Of a stretch of DNA of 64,000 nt, positions 24,910 through 37,598 are shown piece after piece. Position numbers and translations under genes: made by a program. Origin of the DNA: Octopus sinensis (Eukaryota); contig NC_043002.1 of NCBI RefSeq assembly GCF_006345805.1, forward strand, positions 90,954,001-91,018,000, read 5' to 3'. A model generated the notes under the pieces. It searched no databases. It was not told the origin of the DNA and worked only from the letters and a program-made list of their open reading frames with translations. The first letter of the stretch is position 1. Each line of letters begins with the position of its first letter.

Positions 24910-24926
24910 TATGATTATTATTATTA

Positions 24927-24983
<57 letters not shown>

Positions 24984-25147
24984 TATTATTATTATTATTA
25001 TTATTATTATCATTATTATTATTTGTATTATTATTATTGTTTTATTTTTTTAAGCTCTTTTCTATTTGTCAAATTTCTTTGCAAGTTCTGTTTGTTACAG
25101 TTTGTTCCCTTCTGAACAAAACAACAAAACTAGTTCTTCAGAAAATA

Positions 25148-25210
<63 letters not shown>
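24910..25210. repeat. (TAT)n and (GA)n arrays
   Basis: Direct reading. Confidence 0.95.
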
Positions 25211-25211
<1 letters not shown>

Positions 25212-25384
25212 CAACATAAAAAACTGAATATACAATGCTTATATTTTCTCTGTATTTAAGATGTAAATGTGTACTGTAAATTCATCATGATCACAGTGAT
25301 GATGATGATGGTTGTAGTGGTATTGGTGGGGGATAGTTATATCATAATCTTATGATAACCTGACAGAAATCATTTTGAAAGGAT

Positions 25385-25387
25385 GTT

Positions 25388-25435
<48 letters not shown>

Positions 25436-26575
25436 TAGCATCTTCTTTCCATGGATTGGATTGGATGATTTGACACAAAGCTGGCTAGCAGGGAGCCGTT
25501 CAGATTCCAGCTGTCTTTCAAGACATGGTTTCTGTGGCTGAATGCCCTTCCTAATGCCAACCACTTAGCAAAATGTGCTGGGTTGTTTTTTACGTGCCAC
25601 CAGCCCAAGTACGTTTATGCAGCACCGGCATGAATGTGTCAACGCAGCATCGACATGGGTACCTGAAAGGATGAGCTTGTATGTGTGAAAGACAGTGACT
25701 ATTAAGCTTGACGTGTCTTATCAAGTGCAGTACATCACCACATCTCCCAGTCTGTCATAGATTTAGAGCTGGTCGAATCATTATCATGCTGAACAAAATG
25801 CTTATTTGTATTTCGTTTGGCTTTATGTTCTGAGATCAAATTCTATGAAGATCAGTCTTGCCTTTCAACCTTTCAAGGTTAATAAAATAAGTACCAGTTG
25901 AGCACCGGGGTTAATGTAATGGATTATACTCCCTTCCCCAAATTTCAGACCTTGGCCATGAAGCATGATCCTTGAATATTGGGCCTCATAAAGGCAATGA
26001 CAAGTGACTGAGACCTTTGGTGATATGCCATGCTTGAGAAGACCTGTGGAGTCAAGTGAAATCATAGCCGTGGCATGTAAAATGCACCCTTTAAGCATTT
26101 GGCCTCACAGAGTCAATGGTAAGTGACTGAGTCCTTTGGCAATATGCCATACTTGAGAAGATCCATCAAGCCAAGTAAAATTGTAATTGTGGCCGATGCC
26201 AGTGTCACATACCTGGCACCCATGCTGGTGGCATGTAAAAAGCACCCATTACACTCTTGGAGTGGTAGGCATTAGGAAGGGAATCTGGCCATAGAAACCA
26301 TGCCAAATCAGACTGGAACCTGGTGCAGATCTCCAGCTTACTAGTTTCAGCCAAATAGTCTAATCTATGCCAGCATGGAAAGCAGATGCTAAATGATGAT
26401 GATGGCATTTATAGTAGAAAGAATTATTATTGTCCAAATGCCACTGTAGTCAATTTTCATTTTTCATCCATTCTGGGTTGATAAAATAATTACCAGTTAA
26501 GTATTAGGGTCGATGTAACCAACTTGACCCTCTCCCAGAAATTCAGGCCTTGTACTGTAATTGAAAAGATTATCA
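25385..26575. mobile_element. SINE cluster: C(-) 25385-25750, A'(+) 25765-25955, C(+) with duplicated 5' module 25975-26405, A'(+) 26440-26575
   Basis: Similarity to family copies elsewhere in the window; 'aagtgactgag(a/t)cctttgg...atatgccat..cttgagaaga' occurs twice in tandem. Confidence 0.7.
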
Positions 26576-26724
26576 TTATTCATATATCTGCAAAAGCCAA
26601 TTGTTTGTCTCAAAGAAGGCTTCCAACACTTGTAAACTATGAGATGGTTTATATAGAAATTTAAAGATGACTACTCAGACATCAAGATCCTAGCTCTTGG
26701 CTTTGCTGGCTGTTTAACCACAAA

Positions 26725-26952
26725 TTAACCCTTTAGCATACAGATTACTTTATCAAATTTTAAGCTTATTTATTCACATTGTTTTGAATTAATTATGTAT
26801 TATTTTGTAGTTTCAAGATTTCAAACGATGCAAATGTTTACTCTTAGAATGGCATTGTAGGATAGGTATGAAAGGCCAGAACTAGCTGGTTGAATGTAAA
26901 ACAGGTTAGATATTTGGGTTGGATATGGTCAGTTTTAATGCTAGTGGATTAA
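26725..26952 (+). mobile_element. TTAA-flanked MITE (piggyBac-type, family G)
   Basis: TTAA-ccctttagcat ... atgctagtgga-TTAA; internal match to 61988-62219. Confidence 0.75.
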
Positions 26953-27479
26953 CCTTGATTAGTAGACCTATGCCTTTTCTCGATGGTACTCGTACTGGAG
27001 AGGCTGATAAGCTCTTGGTGAAATAGGACCAGTTATCTCACAACTCTGCTTTCTCCATCTGTTTGCCATCCACATTATTGTGTGAACAGAGTGTATTGTT
27101 CATGACTCCAACACAAAGAGGTTGTCAAGTCCTCAGTAAAATAAGACTGAAGGACCTCTAAACTCTGCCACTGTTTGCTCATCGATCATTCTAGAGAGTG
27201 TGCAAGAGGTGGTTTGATGGGTTGGTGGGAAGTGCTCCATTGTTGTAGCAGCGCACAAGAGTTGCCTTACACTCTGCTAGTGTTGAAAACATTCAGTAAC
27301 CTGCAATTGGTACTTTTGTTCAGGAACTGCACTCAAGGAGAGAAGTAACTGAAGACTATAATGGATGTGAAAGGAGCAAGAATAGGATGGAGGAGATGGA
27401 ATTAATAGGGTGGAGATGGACAATAGTAGAGGTGGACAAAGTAGTAGTAGGTGATTAGGAACAAATAGAAGTGGCCTAC

Positions 27480-27535
<56 letters not shown>

Positions 27536-27934
27536 TGGACAGCAATATAAATAGGATGAATTAGAGTGTATCAAATACAGATAGGCCTGGAGGGTAGAGT
27601 GATGGGGAGGGTCCAATACAGTCTCTTATGCAGAGACATAGTGAAGAAGGAGAAGGAGGATGACAGTGTGACGAGGATGATAGGAAATGTCTTCAAGAAT
27701 ATTTTCCTTCTTATTTTTGGTAAAATTAAGATTTCTTTTGTACATTATAAGACAATCTTAATTGATCCTTAACATTAAGGCATTCATCCTCCTCATCATC
27801 CTCATTATCACTATTTCACATTCACATCCTAGCTGGCATGAGTTAGACAGGCATTCTTATTTGGAGTTACTCTCCTCCTAGATTATGCCTAATCCATACA
27901 TTCCATTTTTGGCAAAGTTTCTACAACTAGATAG

Positions 27935-28262
27935 GGTACCCTTCAGTCATGAATGACCATGGGATTGAACCTGAAAGCTTACCCTCCAAGGCACAAGTCC
28001 AGGCAAGGTTGTTTATGGGAGACCAGCAGTTGCCCATGCATATCAACCTCGCCTCTCCATGCCACCAATGTTATCCAAGGGAAAGGCAAAGGCTGATATA
28101 ACTTGGCATCAGTGATGTTGCAATATATTTCTACAGCTGAGCAAGCTGGAGCAACATGAAACAAAGTGTCTTGCTCAAGAGCACAACACACAGCCCAGTC
28201 CAGGAATCGAACTCACTACCTCATGATTGTGAGCCGGATGCTCTAACCACAGAGCCATGTGC
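27935..28262 (-). mobile_element. SINE family E
   Basis: Reverse complement matches + copies at 44812 and 49687; tRNA-like head 'ggttagagcatccggctcacaatcatgaggtagtgagttcgattcctgg'. Confidence 0.85.
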
Positions 28263-29051
28263 CTACAACTAGATATACATCCTAATTCCAACCATTTTAT
28301 AGAGTTTACTGGGTGAATTTTATCAGAACTCCAATAAAAGAGAGGTGGTATTAAATTTTTAAAAATTCAGTTATTTTATTCCTCTTCTTATAAGGAAGCT
28401 CATATTTATTCTGTAAATGCTGGATTAAATTTCAGTCCTTGTTGCACAATGTTAAAGTTTATACTGAAGCTGAAACACCTTCAATAGTTACTGAGATGCT
28501 TGAGTTTCCTGTACAGCATTTGTCAAACTAAAGCTTCTGTCCTTCTGAGGATACTATTTATGTAACTGATAAAGAATTTTCTGGAAAATGTAGTTTGGAT
28601 CACATTATGACAGTATACAAGTCTGAATTCCTGAGTGAAAATAAATAGATTTTGTTAAAAAATGTAATCTTTTCAAAATAAGATGGGATAGGTTTGGATA
28701 TGTGTATACATGCAGGAACGCACACAGACATATATGTTTGCTATTCATTCACACATACACATGGTAACTCCATACCATTAACCATAATCAGTTGTTATGC
28801 TGCAGAACATTCTGTCTTCATGAGATCTCAAGTGAAGTTTCTCATGGTTATGGTACTTTTTAATAGTTTCACTTCTTCCTATAATGCTAACCAATATTGG
28901 TGCTACTTGGAAATTGCCTGGTGTTATCATTGATTATTCTTTCCATCTATTTGCACTCTATCTCTGTTATTTACCAGTCTCTCTGTCTCTGTTTATCTTT
29001 CTCTCTGTCTCTCTCTCTGTCTATGTCTGCCTTTCTGTTTCTGTCTGTCTG

Positions 29052-29085
<34 letters not shown>

Positions 29086-29537
29086 CTTATCCATGAATAC
29101 ACCCATCAGACTAATGCTAAGTATAACCAGCCTAACTTAAGATTTTGATATCTCAGCTTTGCTATTATCTCTCAGCTCAGTATTATGTTTTCCTTTGGCA
29201 TGTCCATATCAAATATATTCTGCAACAGTCTGTGCTTACCTCTCTTGTCCACTAATTATTATTTTTAACCAATGAAGGGGCAAGCATCTATGTGGTCACT
29301 CAACCTGTTAGAAATAGCTACCAAATCTCAAATCACATCCAACATTTTAAGGAAAAGGTCAAAGGATATAGTAGCCCTGGGTTCCCTGTACATTGGAAAA
29401 AGATTGGAATGGTCATGGCTGGAAAGCCTTCGATCATAGGTCTGCTTAATAAAACTGGGAAACATCTAATCATCATTTATATTAGAAAAGCTTTTATGCA
29501 GCTGCTCATTAAATAATTTTAAAATGGTAAAGGTAAA

Positions 29538-29860
29538 GACCTCTTTGGTCATGAATGACCATGGGATTGCACCCAGAAAGTTACCCTCCATGGTACAAGT
29601 TCAAGTAAGGTTGTTTATGGGAGACCAGCAGTCAGCCATGCATACCAGCCTCTCCTCTCCTTGCCAACAATGTTATCCAAGGGAAAGGCAACACCAATAC
29701 GGCTTGGCACCAGTAATGCTGCAACTAATTTCTACAGCTGAGTGAACTGGAGCAACATGAAATAAAGTGTCTTGCTCAAGAACACAACACACAGCCCAGT
29801 CCAGGAATCAAACTGACTACCTCATGATTGTGGGCCCGAGGCTCTGACCACTGAGCATTG
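29538..29860 (-). mobile_element. SINE family E
   Basis: Near-identical layout to 27935-28262. Confidence 0.85.
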
Positions 29861-29892
29861 TGCTTTTTTTTAAATAATGTAATCATATATAT

Positions 29893-30064
29893 AGGCGCAG
29901 GAGTGGCTGTGTGGTAAGTAGCTGGCTAACCAACCACATGGTTCCGGGTTCAGTCCCACTGCATGGCATCTTGGGCAAGTGTCTTCTGCTATAGCCCCGG
30001 GCTGACCAATGCCTTGTGAGTGGATTTGCTAGATGGAAACTGAAAGAAGCCTGTCGTATATATG

Positions 30065-30101
<37 letters not shown>

Positions 30102-30316
30102 ATGTGTGTGTGTGTTTGTGTGTGTGTGTTTGTCCCCCTAGCATTGCTTGACAACTGATGCTGGTGTGTTTACGTCCCCGTCACTTAGCGGTTTGGCAAA
30201 AGAGACCGATAGAATAAGTACTGGGCTTACAAAGAATAAGTCCCAGGGTCGATTTGCTCGACTAAAGGTGGTGTTCCAGCATGGCCACAGTCAAATGACT
30301 GAAACAAGTAAAGGAG
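29893..30316 (+). mobile_element. SINE family B, full length
   Basis: Closely matches 47070-47525 along its length; internal (TA)n(TG)n. Confidence 0.9.
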
Positions 30317-30326
30317 TATACATACC

Positions 30327-30358
<32 letters not shown>

Positions 30359-30441
30359 TATATGTAATTGTAGAATGATGAAATGTGTGCTCAATGCCGA
30401 TTTGGTGGATAAATAATTTCTTTATTTGTGAATTAAGACTA

Positions 30442-30592
30442 CCATTGGTTTCATGTTAAGAAGAATTGGAAAATATCTAAGTATGGCATTGACCGCTATA
30501 GTGGAGGTGAACAGCTTTCTCCATGTGATCGGCTTGAAAAATTCTTAAGATACTTGTATATTTTCTTACTCTTCTTAACATGGAACCAATGG
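30442..30592. repeat. Inverted repeat, 23-bp outer arms (1 mismatch) with imperfect inward extension
   Basis: ccattggtttcatgttaagaaga (30442-30464) vs revcomp of 30570-30592; inner gaaaatatctaagtat vs gaaaatatacaagtat. Confidence 0.85.
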
Positions 30593-30611
30593 AAACTTTA
30601 ATTCACAAATA

Positions 30612-30649
<38 letters not shown>

Positions 30650-31139
30650 ACAAGATGGTTAAGACTAACATTTGCTCAGAGGGAGCTAACCAGAGACTAA
30701 GCAGTAGCTGATTGTCACTCTGTTCTTCTATACTGTAAGTTCAATACCAGCTAAGAAGGTTTATTCAAAAAATACACAATGTTCTGCTTGTGCCAAAATA
30801 TTGTATGTAATTCACAAATACACATTACGTATTTTGCTTATTTTATGATGTATCCCAGAGCATCTACAAGATGGTTCTTAAAACCCTTGTATAAAATATA
30901 AAAGTGTTTGATATACTTTTGTGTTAGAAGTGTGTAAATTTTGATATATATATATATTTGCTTGTAATCTTAATAGGATTACATATCTGAACCAATGTTT
31001 TATTCAATTTACTTTTTATGTGATTATACATTGCATCAGGTTGAGAAGAAATCACTATTAATAACTGAATGGTTTAAATTGTGTTTGCATTGTTTCCAGT
31101 TAATCATATAGTCACTTGCTATGCATTATGTAAAAGGAG

Positions 31140-31355
31140 ACCGAGGCAGCAAGCTGGCAGGATTGTAAGCTTGCTGGGCAAAATGGTCAGCAGTATTTTG
31201 TCTATCTATACATTCTGAGTTCAAACTCTGCCAAGGTAGAATTTGCCTTTCATCTTTTCAGGATTGATAAAATAAGAATCAGTTGAGCTCTGAGCCTGGT
31301 ATAATCAACTTACAATCCCTCCCTCTGAATTTTGTGCCAAAATTTGAAACCATTA
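31140..31355 (+). mobile_element. SINE A' degenerate copy
   Basis: 'gaggcagcaagctggcagg...ctgagttcaaactctgccaagg...gcctttcatc'. Confidence 0.75.
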
Positions 31356-31537
31356 CGTATAAGGAGTGTCAAGAGGATACCATTGATCTTTCTAAGTAAA
31401 TTTGTGATTAAAGAGAGAAAGGAAAGACCACTACTGCTATTACAGGTGCAATTTTTTGCAAAGTACCAGCATTTAGAATTGGACTGAAGTACAGCGAGTA
31501 CTCTGTTTTGAAGAGAGACTTCATAACAGTTTCCACT

Positions 31538-31765
31538 TTAACCCTTCAGCTTTTAAACTGGCCATGTCAGGCCCAAGTGTTTGACATGTTTCACATTCAA
31601 ACTGACCAAATTCAGTCTCTCACTCCTATTATACAATGTCCTTCAAAAAATATGCTACCACATCGTTGAAATCTAGAGGCAGTGAGATAATGCATGATCA
31701 ATTCAAACCAATTTGAATAAATAATCATTACATTTAACAGAATAATCTGAGTGCTCAAAGGTTAA
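31538..31765 (-). mobile_element. TTAA MITE family G
   Basis: TTAA-cccttcagc ... gctcaaagg-TTAA. Confidence 0.75.
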
Positions 31766-31949
31766 AGCAAAATAACTGAATTTATTTCAGCTTGCAAACA
31801 TATACCTTAATCCCTTCTCATGAATCTTAAAATCAGTCCTCTAAACACAAGGGACAACATGAATTCCAAAAAATAAACCAGTTGCAATTTAAACTTTTCA
31901 GCTATTAATATTTATTTCTTTTCAATCTGTTGTTGTGTAAAGGGTAAAG

Positions 31950-32258
31950 ACACCCCCTTTGGTCAGGAATGCCCATGGGATTGCACCTAGAAAGTTGCCT
32001 TCCCAGTCCAGGTTAGGTTGTTTATCGAAGACCAGTAGTTGCCCATGCATACCAGCCTCCACTCTCCACATCATTGATGTTATCCAAGGGAAAGACAAAG
32101 GCCAATGAAGCTTGGCACCAGTGACATCACAACTCATTTCTACAGATGAGTGAACTGCAGAAATGTGTCTTGTTCAAGGACACAACACACAGCCTGGTCC
32201 AGGAATTGAACTCACTACCTCATGATTGTGAGCCTGATGTTCCAACTACTGAGCCATG
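31950..32258 (-). mobile_element. SINE family E
   Basis: Matches 27935-28262. Confidence 0.8.
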
Positions 32259-33329
32259 TTAATGTGTATAGCCAACCAAAAGGAAGATTGAATAAAACTG
32301 TAGTTCTGTTTACCTTACATAAGACAAACATTTGTGTGTATGTGTGTGTGTGTGTGTGTGAGAGAGATGAAGAAGAACCTTCTAGGTGCAGACCACTAAT
32401 GTGAAATAGAATATACTGTCATCTTTAAAGAAATATTTTTGGCTTAAAATGACAGCCTGCAGACTAATGATATAACTGAAGGAAGATCATAGGAGAACAT
32501 TCTTGTACCCAGAAGTACACCCCTGTTAACGAGCTCTGTCTTGAAATGACAATAGAGGATGCAAATAAGAAACTTCTGATACAAGAGACAACAAACATCC
32601 GGTAGCCAGATAATAAAGAAAGCTTTGCTTCAAAGTTACTGAGTTTAAACATTTTAGAAGAATTTTCAAGTATCAGTGCAACAAGAGGAATCATACTGGT
32701 TTTAAGTGGAGAGAAGACGAGAAGGAGGTAAAGAAGATGGTCATTCAAAAGTGTCTCCATCAGTTTTGAAAGATCTTCTTCACCATCTTTCTTTCTTTCT
32801 CATTGTCTTCCATTTCCAAAATGATTGCCCATAGTCAAAGAGATGCTGTACACTCAATTCCGGCCAGTTTCACTTTCACCATTGTTTCCTTCTACATGAC
32901 AAAATTGGCAACTTCATTAAATATTGCATCTCATTAGATCTTCGTTAGCTTGGGAATTGTCTGTCTTATGATAACACAAAAATTCTAATGCTTGAGTTTT
33001 GTAATTAAAAAATATAGCCTTTGGTATGATTGCAAAAGTGCAAATTGATAGCATTTGATATTTGAAAAAATGAATTTTTATTTGACATGCTTCATGAGCT
33101 GTAAACATGTATTGAGAGAATTACGTCACACCATTAAAGAACAGAATATTTTTTTAATATTAAAAAGACATTAAAATGATTTAAATGCATCTACATGTGT
33201 ATGTAATGACTAGAAATTGCTTATTAAACTCATTATTACCCTTTCTTTCTAGTCTTATATCAGTTAACCCAGCCAGCTCTTTTCTGAAAAGCAGCTCATA
33301 TCTATATATGCGGTGAGAAAGGATCTACA

Positions 33330-33715
33330 AGGGACTCATGGAAGGGATGACAGGGGACTGAGACTCCTGGTGGTTTGCTGTACTTAAAAAGACACATCAA
33401 GCTAAGTAAAAGTGTGGTGGTCCTTGCATACAGGTTCGTCTCCAGCAACCCTCTTCAGCTGAGCATCCCTAATCTCATAGGCTCATAGGTGCTGTTGCCA
33501 CATAAAAAGTACCTATACTGGTGCTGTATAGGAGCATCCAGTACACTCTGTAAAGTGGTTGGCATTAGGAAGGGCATCCAGCTGTAGAAAGCATGCCAAA
33601 ACAGACAAGGAGCCTGAACAACGCCTCAGCTGATCGGCTTCTTTCAAACCATCCCATCCATGCCAGCATGGAAAATGGACATTAAATGATGAAGATGATG
33701 ATGATGATGATGTTG
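33330..33715 (+). mobile_element. SINE family C with (GAT)n tail
   Basis: 'gtggttggcattaggaagggcatccagctgtagaaa...catgccagcatggaaaatggacattaaatgatg'. Confidence 0.8.
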
Positions 33716-33875
33716 ATGAGTCTACTGTCAGTCTATCATACTTAATATACTACTACATTTCAAATATCAATATTTAGTTATTCTAGTTGAAGATCTATCC
33801 ATTGAACTATTCTGGTTGAAGGTTATATCCCTACTTGATGCCTTCGAAGAGTATCTTGCACTTTTCTGTGTGTGG

Positions 33876-34038
<163 letters not shown>

Positions 34039-34290
34039 ATATATATATATATTTATAAATAAGGATAATATCGATATTTAAATATCGATCTTATCAAGTG
34101 GCCAGCATGGGAATAAATACCATACAAAGGTAATAATTATTTAAAACTATAAATTAGGGTATCTGAGAGATACCACCATGCTGAAATAGCAGTCAAAACC
34201 CTGACCCTAAAGCCACCTTAAATGTTCATATCGTGCTAGGAGAGAAGACAGATGGACAAAATAAACTTGCAAAAAAGATTTTTCTGGATA

Positions 34291-34347
34291 ATTCAAGACC
34301 CTGGATTTCTGGCTTTGCATGAGAAGCTCTGCCTTCTTCAGTTGAAT
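34291..34347 (-). ncRNA. Type I hammerhead ribozyme motif
   Basis: AUUCAA-CUGAAGA-A-GGC...GCC-A-GAAA-UCC-A-GGG-UC-UUGAAU: 6-bp stem I, intact core, GUC triplet. Confidence 0.75.
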
Positions 34348-34654
34348 ATACCAGATAGGCACATAAATACAGATATATATATACAGAACATACGTTATAC
34401 TTACAAATACGAACGCTCATACATACATATATATGCACGTATGTACAAGACCAGTTTAAATTGCCCGCCAAACAGCTCCTTGCGCGATATGGTCAAAACA
34501 AACACCGCAGTGAATACAATGATGAAATATATAAATTTATAAATAATTATAATATCGATATTTAAATATCGATCTTATCAAGTGGCCAGCATGGGAATAA
34601 ATACCATACAAAGGTAATAATTATTTAAAACTATAAATTAGGGTTATCTAGTAT

Positions 34655-34711
34655 ATTCAACTGAAGAAGGCAGAGCTTCTCACACAAAGCCAGAAATCCA
34701 GGATCTTGAAT
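34655..34711 (+). ncRNA. Type I hammerhead ribozyme motif
   Basis: AUUCAA-CUGAAGA-A-GGC...GCC-A-GAAA-UCC-A-GGA-UC-UUGAAU: 6-bp stem I, intact core, AUC triplet. Confidence 0.75.
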
Positions 34712-35086
34712 TACCCAGAAAAATATTTTTCTGCTAGTTTATTTTGTCTCTGTCTTCTCTCCTAGCATGATATGAACATTTAAGGTGGCTTTAGGGTCAG
34801 GGTTTTGAAAGCTATTTCAGCATGGTGGTATCTCTCAGATACCCTAATTTATAGTTTTATATATATATATAGATATATATATATATATAATATATATATA
34901 ATATATATATGTATGTATGTATATATATATAATATATATATGTATATATATATAATATATATGTCTATATATATATACATATATATATATATATGTTATA
35001 TATATATATATATAATATATATGTATATTTATATAAATATATATATGTATATATATAATATATATATGTACATGTATATATATGTA

Positions 35087-35135
<49 letters not shown>

Positions 35136-35160
35136 TTATATATGTATGTATGTATATATA

Positions 35161-35194
<34 letters not shown>

Positions 35195-35199
<5 letters not shown>

Positions 35200-35266
35200 T
35201 AATCAAAATAAAAATATGATACTAAGGATGAATCCTTAGCATCATGTTTTTATTTTGATTAATTTA
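35195..35266. repeat. 72-nt near-perfect palindrome
   Basis: 35-bp arms with 2 mismatches around a central GA. Confidence 0.9.
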
Positions 35267-35334
35267 CTCCACCACCTACACCACCAAACGGTATATACAG
35301 GTGCTTACAATTATCAAGTACTCACCTGAATTTC

Positions 35335-35412
<78 letters not shown>

Positions 35413-35519
35413 TTATATATAGCCTGGGCAGTTCTACTGAGCAGCTCCTATCAAACCGTCCAACACATGCAAACATGGAAAGCAGATATTAAATGATGAT
35501 GATGATAATGATGATATGT

Positions 35520-35760
35520 AATATGTTACTTAGGCGCATTGCGGGATTAATAACCAGGTGTATAACTCAATATACATATGCTTCAGAATGAAGCATTTGT
35601 CAAGTACAGAGTGGTAATAATAAAATGAGATGACAAAGGAATAAATGATTAACTGATGAACTTGCATTAGCTTACAGCTGTTTCTGCTATGAGATGCAGT
35701 GGTTACTTAGTTGAGTGCCTGAGTAACAGCCTACAGTTTCATCAGTATTTCAGATATAAA
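35520..35760 (-). mobile_element. PLE-type terminal fragment with degenerate hammerhead
   Basis: Minus strand CTGATGA (35739-35745)...GAAA-CAGCTG-TA (35673-35684); stem I not paired. Confidence 0.5.
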
Positions 35761-36902
35761 GTGCAATTTATTTGGGAAAAGTATTACATTTATACATATA
35801 TACTGGAAAAAACATTACCAATCAGAAATAGTTGTCAGCTAATGAAGTTCATGTGTGTGTGTGTGTGTGTTAAATAAAATGAGACAACAAAGCCAAGGCC
35901 ATGTGGAATTTTCAAGACATTTATGAAGAGAAAGCTATTCTTATGGCTGTTTCTGAGATATTAGGGATAGTCCATCATCAGAGATGGTGTGAAATGATTA
36001 AATAGAGGGAAATAGTAGAGTTCAGTATAAGGAGTTATTTTGGAAAAGGATAGAAATAAGAAGTATAAAGGGAAATAAGAGAATAAAAGTAAAAATATAA
36101 ATATATGTGGGATGTTATAGTTGCAGTTCCATTATCCAAGGAAAGTGGTGTGTAGAAGTGTTAGAAATGCTTCTTGTCCATGGTATGTAAATTCTGATAG
36201 GAGTTCATATTTTGTCATTACAAATGGAAAGTGTGGAAATGTAGATTCCATGTGCTGTTCATTCAAAGGGGTTTTGTGGTGTGAATGAAATTTTTAGAAT
36301 GTAGTGATAGCATTAAGTAGATAAAGAGAAGAGAAAAGATGTGTGTGTTAAAATGAAGAGAATGGTCAAAAGGAATAGGTGAGGAAAGAAGAAAGGCAGA
36401 AAGAGGAAGAGAAAATGAAAAAGGAGTGTTAGTTGGTGGTCAAGATATATTGAGGGGGATGTGAGAGGAGTAGAGGAGAGATAGGAGAGATGTAGGGAAG
36501 GAGGTGGGGTGATATGTTTGAAAGGCACTATGGTGGAGGGATGGGTACAGAAAATGGTACAGGGTGGGGTTACTAAAGTAAGTAGTAAACCTCAAAAAGG
36601 AAGGGATGAATAATAAGATATAATGGTCAAGTTTCTAAAATTAGATAGAGGTGTTTATTGTACTGGCTGATGTGCTAGTGAGGCCTGAGGAATCAGAGAG
36701 AGACAAAATGTATATGCACTATTATATAGTCCCGCATACTTATGTACTTAAACCAATATGCATATATGCTTATATATATGTATATATATGAAGGATTTTA
36801 ATCACCTTATTTTGATTTTAATCACCTTACTTTGAAATTATATGGATAATACCGTACTAAATTCTGGTGCCTCAACTCAAGTACCATATTCATCTGAATC
36901 TA

Positions 36903-36948
<46 letters not shown>

Positions 36949-37202
36949 CATACACATGCATGCATACATGTATACATGTCGATATATGTATTATTAAGCA
37001 TTTAAAAAATAAGATTGGTGACTTAGAAAATCAAAAACTGAGACAATAGAAAGTCAAATAAGGTTGCTGACAATTATATAAGAGGTGTTTGGGATATGTG
37101 CTGCAAGGTGATTTAGGTTGAATTTAGATTTGTGGTAAAATTTGAAGATATGAAAAAGTGGTCGTTGCATTTACCTAGGGCCTCATTATATTTATTTAGT
37201 AA

Positions 37203-37598
37203 TCTTTATATATAAAAGTAAGGTTGTGTGTCTGTCTCCTATGATTTAGATTCCTAACGACTCCCACATTTTGCGGTGCAGTTTAACCAAAACCTGGTAT
37301 CTTATAGTCGTGATTCATATCGAGCCCTTCTGGGTATTAGCGCGTGTCTACGATGAGTCTACGATTTAAAAAAAAATTTACCATAATTTTTACCATTTTA
37401 ATGCATTTTTTCGCTATTATATAAGGGAAGTAACTCCCTAAAAATGTCTACGATGAGTCAACGATTTAAAAAAAATTTACCATTATTTTTTTTCCATTTT
37501 TAATGCATTTTTTTGCTATTTTTTGGCTATAACTCTCTAAAAATGCTTATATAGTTATTTCCCTTACAAACCTGAGCAACACCAGGCGATACTGCTAG
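37203..37598 (+). mobile_element. Non-autonomous Helitron
   Basis: A|TC...CTAG|T termini; hairpin CCTG-agcaacac-CAGG (37571-37586); internal ~73-bp direct duplication; related to 49998-50510. Confidence 0.85.

Larger units (their letters stand above)
34057..34858. mobile_element. Penelope-like (PLE) non-coding terminal repeats: direct plus inverted copies between (TA)n arrays
   Basis: Identical 96-bp direct repeat (34065-34160 = 34549-34644); ~215-bp inverted arms (34143-34357 / 34645-34858); each arm contains a hammerhead motif; flanked by (TA)n on both sides. Confidence 0.75.

Noticed and set aside
28300-28660. Exon-like open frames (SLLHNVKVYTEAETP..., SFCPSEDTIYVTDK...)
   Set aside because: Interrupted by an in-frame stop; no homology recognised.
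30437-30600. Open frame YHWFHVKKNWKISKYGIDRYSGGEQLSPCDRLEKFLR with an ABC-signature-like YSGGEQ
   Set aside because: No Walker motifs or proper donor, and it lies inside an inverted repeat.
32464-32830. 98-aa hydrophobic ORF and weak fold-back around 32755
   Set aside because: No domain match; the inverted similarity is mostly low-complexity purine/pyrimidine matching.
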